Assembly (NCBI RefSeq): GCF_036321535.1
Contig: NC_087437.1
Span: 9,674,001-9,738,000, forward strand
Source of the DNA: Camelus dromedarius
Lineage: Eukaryota
Length of the DNA stretch: 64,000 nt
Direction of reading: 5' to 3'
In this document: one piece after another, positions 49,978-62,274 of the stretch
Layout: every line of letters starts with the position of its first letter
How positions within the stretch are numbered: the stretch's first letter is position 1
Translations under genes and position numbers: made by a program
The notes under the pieces: model-generated
The model's input: only the letters and a program-made list of their open reading frames with translations
Databases searched by the model: none
What the model was told of the DNA's origin: nothing

Positions 49978-52669
49978 AATTGGTTTATCCCTGGGTAATT
50001 TCTATTTCTAAATATCTCAGGCTCCATAATTTAATATCAAGAAAACTGGTAATGCTGAAACACATAGGAAAGAAGGCAACATTTTGGCAGACTTCAGGAA
50101 AATTCCTAGCACTTAAAAATATCAACTTCAGTTGCATTGCTTTATTTGCAGTTGTTCACATTTCTTTAGTTCATCCCTTTGGCTAAGGTGATGAAGACAG
50201 CTATTATCAAGTTGAACTTATTACCATCATTAACACCTTGGTTCAGATTAATTAATGGATACAGCTAACATACGATGATAGAAGACCTTGGGACAAATTA
50301 AATCTATGATTAATATGTGTATATAAGTAAAAAGTAGAAAAAAGTCTTCTGTTTGGGATATTACTGTCAGTAAGGATAGCGCAGACTGAAATAGACTGTG
50401 GGTAATCCAGGAAACAGGAGATCACAGGTCTGGTCTTATTGCCAAGAACCAAGAGGGTGTCTCCAAGTCAGGGATGTGGGTGATGGGAGACTGACAACGA
50501 AAGAATGCATGTCTATTTCCACGGTGTCACTTGGGGTGTGCTATGCTAAAGCAAGTAAGAAAACTTGGCTGATTTTCAAGAATGACTATATCAATGGAGA
50601 GCATATCTACTACTCAGGATTAAAGGGTCTGGTTCTACTTGTCTAATCTAGGTCAAAAGAATGAAATGGAAATACTAGAGTTCATTCATCAGATCTAGAG
50701 TCACCAGTCCTAGCCGTGGCATTGGTTAGAGGTGCTCCTTTGCCCTTAATAAACTCAAATTGAGAATAATTGGTACTACATGTTTGTATAAATGTTATAA
50801 TTATTATCAGTATTACATATGCATTAATAGATGTTTAACAAGGAAAATGAGAAAACATAAATCATATTCTTTGTGAACATTTAAAATTAAATGTTTATAG
50901 TAATTGGATGAAAATGTAAAACTGTCTCAGTTTCAAATTATTGCTAGAGGCTAAGTGAGAATAATTATTTCTGTCTGTTCTATATTTATTTCTCTCTAGA
51001 AAACATTATCTATAGCTAAAGATTTATATAACATTAAAAATATTGATAATGACAGAAATATAAATATACATGAGTTCAAACATACATTTGCATATGTAAA
51101 ATGTGAGTAGTTCTATGTGATACACAGACTATGTATGTATGTATAAACATGTAGGTGGCTACACAGTTTACACATATGCACAGAAACATGCAGTTTTAAC
51201 AAATTACATTCAATTATTTCTATATTTGAAACAGCAAATAGAACTAATCTCTTTTGTCAATTTGATCTCATCGGTAGGAGCTTTCAAGAGACATATACCG
51301 AGAAGGATTTGAAGAATGTTTTTTCTCTTAACAGGAATTAACACTCTGATCAATTACTGAGGTCTGCCACAGACACAGCAGTGCACTGTGAATACTCCCT
51401 TCATGTATTTGATATTCCTATTCTGTGTACCAAGGTTGGGGATAACCATCACTGAAGAAAACATTTTCAATCTTTCAAATTATATTTTAATGCTCAGACC
51501 CAGGATGAGTTAGAAATGATTAGTTGAGAAAACAGCAAAAGTATGAGGGAATAAAAAAACCCTCAAATCTCTAAGGAAATAAAAACTTCAGTAATAACCA
51601 TTAGAATAATTACATGGTATTGATAAGTCATAAAAAAGTCATAAAAGCTGTAAAATTTCTGGAATCAAGTTGTAGAGCTATATTAGAGTCATTATGATGT
51701 AGTATTGGAGAGATTAAGAAACACTTTGCAAAATCTGTTATGTAACAAGCTTTTCTAGAAATACAGCTAGTTTTGTTATAATACTTGGGAAAATACCTTA
51801 AATTTTTTCAATTTTATGTTGTTCTTGAAGTGCAAGTCTATTCAGAAGCTATGGTGATCAAGAATTTAATGCTAAAATGTTATTTTACAGTATAACAAAG
51901 CATATTGTTTGTTTTACACTAAAATGTTATTTTTCATTTTTACTCACATTGAACACATAACAATTGGATTTTTTCATATAAAATGATTACATAGGGTTTT
52001 CTGAAAATATTTACTCAATAATAGTAATATTTTCAGTGATCCATAGATCATTGATCAGATGACTTCTTATAAACTGCAAAATAGTGTGTGCCTTTTAATC
52101 AGAAAACTTTCAGATATGACACCATTCAAAATTTTAAAATAAAATCTACTGTGTATAGAAATAACAGACACCTTTTTTTCCTTCATAAAGATTTCTCTTC
52201 TTACTATAGCAATTACACTGCATTTATCATACTTAGAGCTTTAAGTGACAACATCTTGGCAGATTGATCTTTTGCATTGAATTCAATTCAAAGTACAGGA
52301 TCAGTCCTCAATAGATAATCTGTGCAAAATAGCTATACTGCTTTTTACATATGAAGGACCAGGCACGTTTCTCCTCTCAATTACTAAGAGGAAGGACATT
52401 TTATCTACCTATTAAATTATCTTATGTTGATATTATATGAAGCAAAGATAATTTTGAGGAAACAAAAACGCAGCGTTTAGACAGGTACCTTAGCTGATTG
52501 GCTACTATCTAGTTAATATTTTCTTAAAAAAAAAAAAGAATACTTGATAACTGAAGTAAAGGCATAATTTATCTGCATTTACCCATCTACACACACACCC
52601 ATCCATTTCCTCCAAGCATCCATCCATCCCACATTCACCAAGCACATATTGTGATCCTGGCATATACAA

Positions 52670-53292
52670 TGTTTTACTTTGTATTTCCCTAGAAGTAGAC
52701 CCTGAAATAGAGACTTGCGTGCAGGTGGTTCATTTGGGAGGTGATGATCCCAGAGAATACTATGGAACTGGGGAAGAGAAAAAGAAAAAGAAAGGAAGAC
52801 AACAGAAGGTGCAGTCATGAGTCGATCACTGATGTGAGGAAGTTCGGCTCCATCCCACTGGTGGCCATTGGAAGACAGTTTGTAGAACAGACTTAGGAGT
52901 TCTCCCAGCTAAGGGGTGAGAAATCTCTGGTATTTTTCTAGCAACTCCCATTCATTCTTTTTTTTGGAGGGGTTGCTTCCTTTTTTGGGGAGTGGAGGTA
53001 ATTAGGTTTATTTGTTTATACTTTTAATGGAGTTACTGGGGATTGAACCCAGGACCTTGTGCACGCTAGGCACACACTCTACTAACTGAGCTATACCTTC
53101 TCCCCTCCATTCATTCTTGATTGAGGGCTTACCCTGGGGTGTTAATTCTCTGGCACTAAGATTGCTTAGGGTGTGTTCTCCCATGGCCCAAGGAATCCAT
53201 GGGAAAAGCCACTGTAGGGCTGGTAGCAGGAAGTCATTGGTGGAAGGTGAGAACCTAGCAGGTTTGGTCAAGGCATCAACAATATTTGCCAC
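52670..53292 (-). mobile_element. ERVL LTR (LTR16/LTR33-like) inserted in L2
   Basis: ttccctagaagtagaccctgaaa..tgcaggtggttcatttgggaggtgat. L2 sequence lies on both sides. Confidence 0.68.
52960..53106 (-). mobile_element. tRNA-Ala-derived SINE (vic-1-like)
   Basis: ggggattgaacccaggacct..actgagctataccttctcccc. Exact 12-bp TSD CCATTCATTCTT at 52948-52959 and 53107-53118. Confidence 0.92.
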
Positions 53293-54944
53293 GTCCAGGG
53301 AGAATGCTGGACATTGCAGAGATAAAAAGGAAACATAGACTCTGCCTTCAGGGAGTTTCCAGTAAAATAGGTACATTTTGGAAATCAATTGTTATAATAG
53401 AGTAAAATAACAGAAAAAGAATGAACAAAAATGAAGTTGCCGCACAAAGTAAAAAGGGAGTATAGGTGTCCTCAGATTTCCTTAAAAAATTCACTCTGAT
53501 ACCTGAGCCCACATTATTTTGTATCCTATGGTTGCTCCCTCTAATCCTTAATTTTGTGGCAAATGGAAGAATAGCCACTCCCAACATACAGCAAAGGATG
53601 AGACCATCGTGCTACAAGACCCATCATTAACAAGGACAAAGACAACTGGTGAGATGTCACCCATCACAGCAAAGAAAGTGAAGGAGACTTTGCCAGTTCT
53701 GAAAACGCAAGCTTCCTGTGAACCGTAATGAGAATCTGGAGAGCTTAATTAGCCTTGTTGCAAAGCCCCCAGTGTGATCCGGTCGTAGGTTTCCTAATTT
53801 CAGGGAAAATATGAGCAGTGGAGCTTTAGTCCTGTGACCTCTGAAACGGCTGGGTGATTTGAGTAATTATCAGGAAAAACCTCCAGAGGCAGGGTTACAA
53901 CCTCACAAGGCAAGAGGCTTTTGCTTTTTCCACATAAAATGATCTTCACCACATTTGATCTTGATAGCACTCTAAAGCGAGCTGATGGCCGTGCTGAAGG
54001 CTCTCAGAGGATGCAGTCCTGACCACTTCCAGATGAAAACTGGAGGGTTACCAAGGGCCTATTTGGGTGTGAACGTTCCTATCTCAGAAGCAGGATTAAT
54101 TTCTGTATTTTTCTGTGTGCATCTAAAGGATGCAAGCTTTGGGAGTTTAGCATTTACACATGAATATGATTTCAACTGTGCCCGGATAGGATGATAATCC
54201 TTATAAACTAGTGAATTTTTATAATATACAGATATTCGGAGTGAGAGAGCTGGGAGAATCAGTTCCTCAAATTACAAACTTTCCTTTGCATTCATCTCTT
54301 AAATGCATTATGTGTAGGATTCTTGTAGATCTACATTTTGGGTTTAATACCAAAAGATACTTTTTATTGAGGCCATAATTACTAGAACCCACAGAGTGAA
54401 GTATTCAGGGGTCAATATATACCACCTTTCTTTCAATAAATTAGAAAGTATGCTCTTCAAGAAGCACTCAAATTCATTTTGATCATTTGCCTCTATGGAC
54501 GGTTGCCCTGCAAAACCAGTCCAAGAAGAAATTTAAGGCCTCTTGCAAAAATATACATAGTAAAATGTAATAGAAGTGTATTAAGAAAATAGAAAAAAGG
54601 GGGGACTGTGTATAAAGGAGAAGATATAAAGAAATACAGAGGGTTAAATTATGCAAAATTTGCTAGAAAGGAGGCAGAAGTTTGAATGTAAGCTTTCTAA
54701 CAACTGACACAGAGACAGACAATGAATTCAAAGTGATTATCAGAAAAGCCAATTAATTGTCAATATAATCTAAGTCATGGTAGTGCGCAAATTAGAGACA
54801 CACTCCTTCCATGGGGCCTGGTAAGATAAGGAATATGTCCCTGAAAATTTTATTTCCTATAAATAGGACAATAGGTTTATAAGACTATTTCTAATAGCAT
54901 TTTTTTTTATAGAAAGTACATGAAACACTAAAACTAATGAACAG

Positions 54945-55175
54945 AAACATTTATTGAGTTGCTCCTATATGCTAGTCACTTTATTAAGTGCCTGGTCATT
55001 TACCCATCATAACCACCCTATATACTAGGCAAAATTATTATCCTCTTTCAACTGCTTGGGGAAATGGCTCAGGCAAGTGACATAATTGTCCAGGGTCACT
55101 TTTCCATCAGTGGCATAAACAGGATTCAGGTTGGCAATTCCAAACTCAGGCTCTAAGATGCTCGGCTTTAGAAAT
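54945..55175 (-). mobile_element. MIR SINE
   Basis: atttattgag..aattgtccagggtcac..caggattca. Confidence 0.65.
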
Positions 55176-55690
55176 CCCCATTGGCTTAGGTCCAATGTCA
55201 AGGTATCTAAGTGGTTATGAAGAGAAAAATCCAGCAATATGAAGCTTATAGAATTATCTTAAATTATTACAAGGAGAAGTATGCTTTTTGTACCAGGAGA
55301 TCTGTACTCTCCTGGAGATGAGAGTAAACAGGAACTCAGTAACCATTCATAAGCCATCCTTTGAGCAATGTAATTTCATAATGGTCCCTCCAAGATGAGC
55401 AGGTTGCAGAAAAGGCTTCTTGCAACTGAGTTAACATGATACTATTAGCTATGAGCCAAGTTAAAAATAGGGGATGGTTATACAAATGATAATTTTGAAA
55501 GTAAGAAAAAGCTTATCTTTCTGACTTCAAGAGGAAGAGGTGAGACACAGGCTTCTTGCTCAGCCAAAATGAGTATCAAACAACTAGGTAACAGGGCAAA
55601 TAGAAAAGCCATCTGAATTCACACTGATTTATCCAACTGGATTTTTTTTTAATGAACACTTGATATTTTCTTAATTAAAAAAATAGACCA

Positions 55691-56345
55691 CTTACCATAT
55701 GATCCAACAATCCCACTCCTGGGCAAATATCCAGAGGGAACCTTAATTCAAAAAGATACATGCACCCCAATGTTCATAGCAGCACTGTTTATAATAACCA
55801 AATATGGAAACAACCGAAATGTCCATGGACAGATGACTGGATAAAGAAGTTGTGGTATACATTGGAATACTACTCAGTCATAAAAAAGAATAAAAGAATG
55901 CCGTTTGCAGCAACATGGATGGACCTGGAGATTGTCATTCTAAGTGAAGTAAGCCAGAAAGAGAAAGAACAATACCACATGATACCACATATATGTGGAA
56001 CCTAAAAAAAAAAAACAAACCACAAATGAACTTACTGACAAAACAGAAACAGACTCACAGACATAGAAAACAAACATGGTTATGGGGGTGGGGGAAGGGG
56101 GGAAGGGATAAATTGGGAGTTTGAGATTTGCAGATACTATTATACGTAAAATAGATAAACAACAATTTCATATTGTATAGCACAGGGAACTATATTCAAT
56201 ATCTTGTAGTAACTTATGGTTAAAAAGAATATGAAAATGAATATATGTGTGTTCCTGTATGACTGAAGCATTGTGCTGTACACCAGAAATTGACACAGCA
56301 TTGTAAACTAACTATACTTCAATAAAAATATATTAAAAAAAAAAA
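55691..56345 (+). mobile_element. LINE-1 ORF2 end plus complete 3'UTR (young, 5'-truncated)
   Basis: [40 protein letters not shown], a G-rich tract, AATAAA and an A-tail. A-run plus AGACCA on both flanks. Confidence 0.95.
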
Positions 56346-56890
56346 GACCAGAATTCAATATGTTAAATATTTACTTACATGTAAACTTAATGATCAATAA
56401 ACATCTAACTGGATCAAAATTAATAATAGTAATATTACCATTGATTATTATTAATGAAAAAAAATCTACATGAGAGGATGTTCACTATTGCCAGAAGAAA
56501 TTAAGAAAAAATATTTACTTTTTTGTATTACAGCATTTAGCTGATAAAGGTAACAATTGCTTTAATCTAAAACAAAATAGTAATGTGAAGGTTGTGGATT
56601 TTTAAAAACATAATTTCACATGGCTCAATTTCTTAAAGTCTGAACCAGATACTCTACTGCCCTCTCATGGATATTATATAAGTAGCATGAAGAATAAATA
56701 CATCACCTTAAGAAGGACCAACAAAATGAATTTTGTTTAAATAAGGCCTATGACAAGTAACAGAATCACCATGAAATAGAAAACAATGTTGTTTTCTTCC
56801 TGAAGAATATTAGAGTTATAATAAATGTCACAAAATATTTAGACACAGACACTTTCAATAGCTGTAAAGTAAAATAAAGGCAGTATACTT

Positions 56891-56935
56891 ATGGCATTAT
56901 GAACTGTGGAATTATGAGCTATGGTATTATGAACT
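56891..56935. repeat. 15-bp tandem repeat x3
   Basis: atggcattatgaact / gtggaattatgagct / atggtattatgaact. Confidence 0.8.
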
Positions 56936-57172
56936 ATAATTCTAAAGTCTGCTATCACTTCCCTGAGTTTAGTCATCTCAGATGACTAGCAGAAAATAAA
57001 TGACTTCAGATTGGTAATCCCTCCAAATGCTAAATTGTTTTGCCATAATTGATAAATTCCTTCAAGAAGCAAAAGGTAATAAATCATAGGAAATCACAAG
57101 ACAAGTGGAAATACAAGCTTGTTGCTTAGCGTAAAAGGCTGTGGTTATGGGGGTGGAGGGAAGGAGTGAGAG

Positions 57173-57245
57173 GAAGGTCGCTGCGTACAGTTGTACAGGT
57201 TGTAGACTGAACATCTCCAAAGGGTGTTGTATACACAAGGTATTT
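57173..57245. mobile_element. hAT-Tip100 MER91-like fragment
   Basis: ctgcgtacagttgtacaggttgtagactgaacatctcca. Confidence 0.55.
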
Positions 57246-58585
57246 TTAAATGACAATGCACATACAAACTATGCCATTCGAACTTCTAGTACTTTGAGTT
57301 AAGAAATTAACATTTTTTTCCCAGTGATGTCATCAGGAGGTTAAAAAATCCATTGGAACTGGAGTAAAAGTGCAGCCTACACACTATTCAGGCGAGCAAA
57401 GCCCTGACAGACACAGTGTCTCTGGAGCATAATATCCTTGACCTGACTTAGCACATCCTCAGCTAATAGTAACAGTTCTGGGTTTAGACTTTCAGAGGTC
57501 TAAGAACACGAGGTAAGTGCTATTTTAACACTATTTCTTGCTTCATTCCAAATGTAGAAATAGGAGCATTCCACATGGACTTTCTACTACTGTTTTTTAG
57601 ATAAAATTTTTTAGAAACAGTTACCAGTTTTGCAGCCTTGTCAACCAAACTGAAAACGCTTTTAGTTGTTTAGCACGCACAGGAAATTGTCACCTCCTAT
57701 CTGCATTGCTTCTTCAGGGATTATCTAATTCTAAAAAAAACCCAGAACATTAATTTTCTTATATAAGATGAGCATCAAGTCCAGATTAACTGTTCTAGAG
57801 GAGCTACAGAGCCCACAGATGAGCTGTCCACGTGGGCTGCCAAGAATGCCACCTGCCACATGAACTTGGCCACCGGCTCTGCCTTCAAAAGAGATTTGCT
57901 TGGAACTTAATACAAGATAAATAACTAGTCAGCTACTCAACATGGATTAAGGATACAAGTCAACATCTTCATTGCTGTAAAACGAAGTCAGAAGGAATCC
58001 TGAACAAACACAAAAAGAAGGCACTGACCTAGGCCAAATGTGAACAGATCGACTCTAAAATCGCACTCCTTTGGCATATGAACTGGAACTCATTCTAGAG
58101 TAATTCACTTCCATTTTCATCTGAAAATGTGTTTCATTTAGAAAGCCCTCGAAGGGAGGATGCTTGTGCATGTGCAGGCTCAAATCTTTTTTTTTTTTTT
58201 AAATTAATCACATTTAATTGGATCTGTTCTGCAGCAGGGCTCCTCTTTGACTCCATTTGCAGAGTCGTTTCTCGCCTTGGGGCCACTGGGTCTCTGTCCA
58301 TTGCTTCTGGTCATGTCCTCTGCTTCCAGGGACTTCTTATAACCCCTTCAGTCACCTGGCAGGTCTGGAGGTTGGGGCTTCTCCGGTAGGGGTGGATTTG
58401 AAAATAGGTTGCTTACTGTCAATCCAGTAGATCTGCTGTCGTAGGACTGGTTGGGATCTCTTCACATTGTTTTAGGAGGCGTCTGATGAGCCTCTATTAG
58501 TGAATTTTTATTCAACATCTGTTGCGTACTAGGGACTGTGGCAAGTTAAAAAGGGGCCTTCCAGCACCAGGGGCAAAGGTATGGT

Positions 58586-58957
58586 GTCCCGGTCAGCTAG
58601 GGCTGCTATAACTAGTGACCCCAGGCTGGGAGGCTTAAGCAGTTCTCACCGTTCTGGAGGCTGGAAGTCCAAGATCAAGGTGTTGGAGGCGTGGCTTCTT
58701 CCGTGGCAGCTATCTGTGGCATGCAGAGGATTGCCTCCTCGCTGTGTCCTCACATGGCCTTTGCACTGTGTGTCATGTCTCTGGTGTCTCTTCCTCTTCT
58801 CATAAAAGCATCAGTCATGTTAGATGAGAACCCTATCCTTAATGACCTCATTTAACCTTAATCACCTCTTTAAAGGCCTTATCTCCAAATGCAGTCACGT
58901 TGGAGGTTAGGGGGTCAACATATGAATTCAGGTGGGGGCACAGGACCCAGACGGTAA
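58586..58957 (-). mobile_element. MaLR LTR (MLT1A/B-like)
   Basis: gttctggaggctggaagtccaagatcaaggtg..gtgtcctcacatgg..atgacctcatttaaccttaatcacctc. Confidence 0.9.
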
Positions 58958-60984
58958 GGTACAGCACAGCATGTAAATGTTCCAGCTCTGAATTCAGGCC
59001 ACCAGAATTTGGTTCTCTCTCTGCCTCTTACTAGCTGTGTGATACCGCACATATCGTTCAAAGGAAACTAAGCTGTCTTTACCTCATCATCTATATTTTG
59101 TGAATATTAATATAATCTAGTTCATAATACTATTGTTTATCTCTTTTAATACTCATAACAACCCTAAGAGGTAGTTTCTAAAAAAAAAAAAAGAATTTTT
59201 AAAATGATTTCTTATTCAATTTCTATATTCCTAGGACATTATATATGACTTGAAACAAACAGGCTCTTGAAAAATATTTATTGCAAAAGGAATACAATAT
59301 TAGAAACAGTGACTCTTAAAGGTAGAAGGGAGCTTTGAAGCTTTGAGACCATCTATACACCCATAAACCAAAATGAATTACCAGGTTTGTGTTTTCCCTC
59401 TGACTGGGCCATACTCAACATCTGGAAGCCTAGTAGCCACAGATGCAGACATGCCTTATATGAAAATTATTTTTTATGTTTTTATTTAAAGAGACCCTGA
59501 TTAAGCCTCCTGGTTATTATCCACTGTGACATGTCTGCTTCTTTAAAACAATGTGTTTTTATTTTATACCCTCAACATTCACGCCGAAGTCTAAGCGCAG
59601 GAAATTCAACCTCCTGCTTTCTCACCTGCTCCCAAACAATCACTGTCTCAGTGATCTGTAAATAACTGACCAGCCAAGCCCTGAAGCACAAAAGCAAATA
59701 GATCAATACTCCTCCTGCAAGAGCTCACAGCACGGAGAGAAGCCCTTCCTGCCTTGCTTCCCTACCACTGAGGCCCTCAACACGACTCAATTCACTGTCT
59801 GAAGCCCCCACGTTTAATTCAGCAGGCGTAATCAGCAACAATTGCTGAAGTCTTTGATTAAACTTTGAAATTGCCTCTTAATATGATGTGAATGGAAAAG
59901 GTATTGACTAAAGAATCCTGAAACAGTAACCTGTTCAGATGAGAAAGAAAAATGCTTTGAGTCGGTGCGTCTGTGTGCCCGGATGCACAGCATGAACAAG
60001 GCGCAGAGGATTTCCACCGCACAGATACAAAGCAAGCAGCAGAAAAGGCTTCTGGCCATCACGTTCAGGGCACTGAAAAACTCTGAGAAAGTTGTTGAAT
60101 GGAGTGGCCTCAATTTATCATGAAAAATGAGATAGATAACCAACAAGACAAAAATCCCCAAAGACCTACGCATGATTTGATTTGTAACCTGGAAAATTCT
60201 TTGTTGTTGTTTTTTTTTTTCCTATTATCATTGATTCTAGATTTTACACAGTAACGAGCTGTACATGTCACTTTGCAATATTATTCTCTCAAAGTTGTAC
60301 CGATTATATCAAATGAATTCTTTTCTTACATGAAAAATTGACTTCTTCACCCTAATTACTCTAAAAACATTACTGAGCCTCCAATATAAGCTGGAGTGTT
60401 TTCTGGGTATTGAAGAGACAGCAAGAAACTGACAAAATCCCTTGTCTTCGTGGAGTTTAGGTTTAAGTGAGGCAGAGAGAAATTAAATAAAATAAACAGG
60501 TGCAAGAAATGCTTTGTTGAGTAAGTCCTAAGGAGGAAAGGGAAAAGGCAAGTATGTGGAGGCGTCACAATGTGGATAAAGAAAATATCGAGAGAGGTCG
60601 AGGGAAATGATGCTTCATAAAGAGCTAAGTTGGTAAGGAAATGAGTCGTGCAGTTTTCTGGGAAAAAAGTATTTTAAACAGCGGCGATAGCAAGTGCAAA
60701 GGCCCTGAGGTGAAATCAAGCTTAGCTTGCAATCAGAGAAAGAGTAAGCATGCTGGTATGGCTGGTCTGCTATAAGTGAAGGGGAGAGGGGCAAGAAATG
60801 AGGTAAAAAAGAGGGAATCAGATTATATTGAACTTTGAAGGCCACTATATCGACTTTGCCTTTATTCCAAGTTTCCAATAAAAAGACACTGGAGGAGTTT
60901 GAGCAGAGGAGGGGCCTAATCTGACTTCTGTTTTGATAGTAACACTCTGGCTGATATATTGGGGGCAGATTGTTGGGAGTTATT

Positions 60985-61151
60985 AAACTATACTATATTA
61001 CATAAAACATACTATGTAAAGGATGGGTACAATGGGATGGGTGAGATGAGATGAGAATAGAATAGAATAGAATAGAATAGAATAGAATAGAATAGAATAG
61101 AATAATAGAATATAAAAATAGAATGGAATGCAATAGAACAGAACAGAACAG
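60985..61151. repeat. compound pentanucleotide microsatellite with a (GAATA)n core
   Basis: ACTAT-like, GATGG, GATGA, GAATA, GAATG and GAACA blocks in series. Confidence 0.92.
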
Positions 61152-61890
61152 ACTCCAAATTGTCATGAAGGTAAAGGGAGCAGATCTTAAAGAGGGAAGA
61201 TTAGGAACTCAGTTTTGCACATGCTACATGTGAAAGATGATTGATTGATTGATTGCATATTAATACAGGCATTAAGTAGCAATCGGCTCTATGAATCTCA
61301 CATGGCTACCTCAGTTCAGGGGTGAGATCTAGGCTAGAAATATAATTTGGAAACCACCAATGTTTAGAAAGCACTTAAAGTCATAACACTGTATGAAATC
61401 ACCAAGGAAATAAAATAAAAACAAATGGATTGTCCCAAGGGTTAGGGCCCCGTGGCCCTCTGACATTTAGAGGTCACGGAGGTGAGGAACCAATGAACAA
61501 TGAAGATGTGCTCAGGGAAAATCAGATTAGAGACCGAGTGAAGGTCATCTTTCAATGAGAAAGGAAAAATCTTTCTAATGTCAGGTAAAGTGAGGGCTGA
61601 GGGTTGACCTTCATATTTACCAGTGTGAAGTCATTGGTGACCTTGAAAAGCTGAACAATGTTAATGACAAGGTGAAGGAAGCAACGTCTGCTGGAGTGGA
61701 TTCAAGGAAAAACTGGGAGCAAGAAATCGGAGACAGTCTAAATAGATCTTTCAAGGAGCTTTTCTATAAAGAGAAAGAGGTAAGTGGGGTTGAAGGTAGA
61801 GAGAAAAGTGAAGTGAATAATTTTAAGATAAAAGAATAATACGATCTTTGGACACTGATAGGAAACGCCCAGCAGAGAATGAAAAAATGA

Positions 61891-62274
61891 TGTTGACAGA
61901 CAAGACCGACTCCACTTTGGTGATCTGCTGCCATTTCGGGACAAGCCGAGCAGACAAGCCACAACTTCCGCCTTCTGCCAGTAAAACCCTCCCCGGACCA
62001 GAGTGAGAACTACTGGTGGGAGAATTTATCTGACATGCCCCTTTGTCTTTCAAACATGCCCCTCTCTTTTTCAGACACGCCCCCTCTCGCTTTCAGCATC
62101 ACTCATTTGCATAAGAACCCGCCAATCAGCTCGTACCCTAACCCTGGCATAAATAACCAAGCCTGTAGGCAGAGAACGGCTCCAGTGTAACTGGAGACCC
62201 CCTCTGCAGGTTTCTCGCAATAAACCTGACTCTGCCGTTGAGCAGTCTCTGATCCTTTCTCTCCGATTCTAACA
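61891..62274 (+). mobile_element. young ERV solo LTR with intact promoter layout
   Basis: TGTT...AACA termini, octamer 62105-62112, CCAAT 62122, TATA-like CATAAATA 62148, AATAAA 62219. Many CpGs are retained and it interrupts the L2. Confidence 0.85.

Noticed and set aside
55293..55430. Short inverted repeats (ccaggaga..tctcctgg)
   Set aside because: Stems of about 8 bp are expected by chance and are too short for a pre-miRNA.
55760..56005. 81-aa ORF with real protein similarity (and ORFs at 31349-31932)
   Set aside because: Frameshifted L1 ORF2 remnants or their antisense, not host genes.
59832..60173. 113-aa hydrophobic ORF
   Set aside because: No recognisable homology, splice context or promoter; length is compatible with chance.
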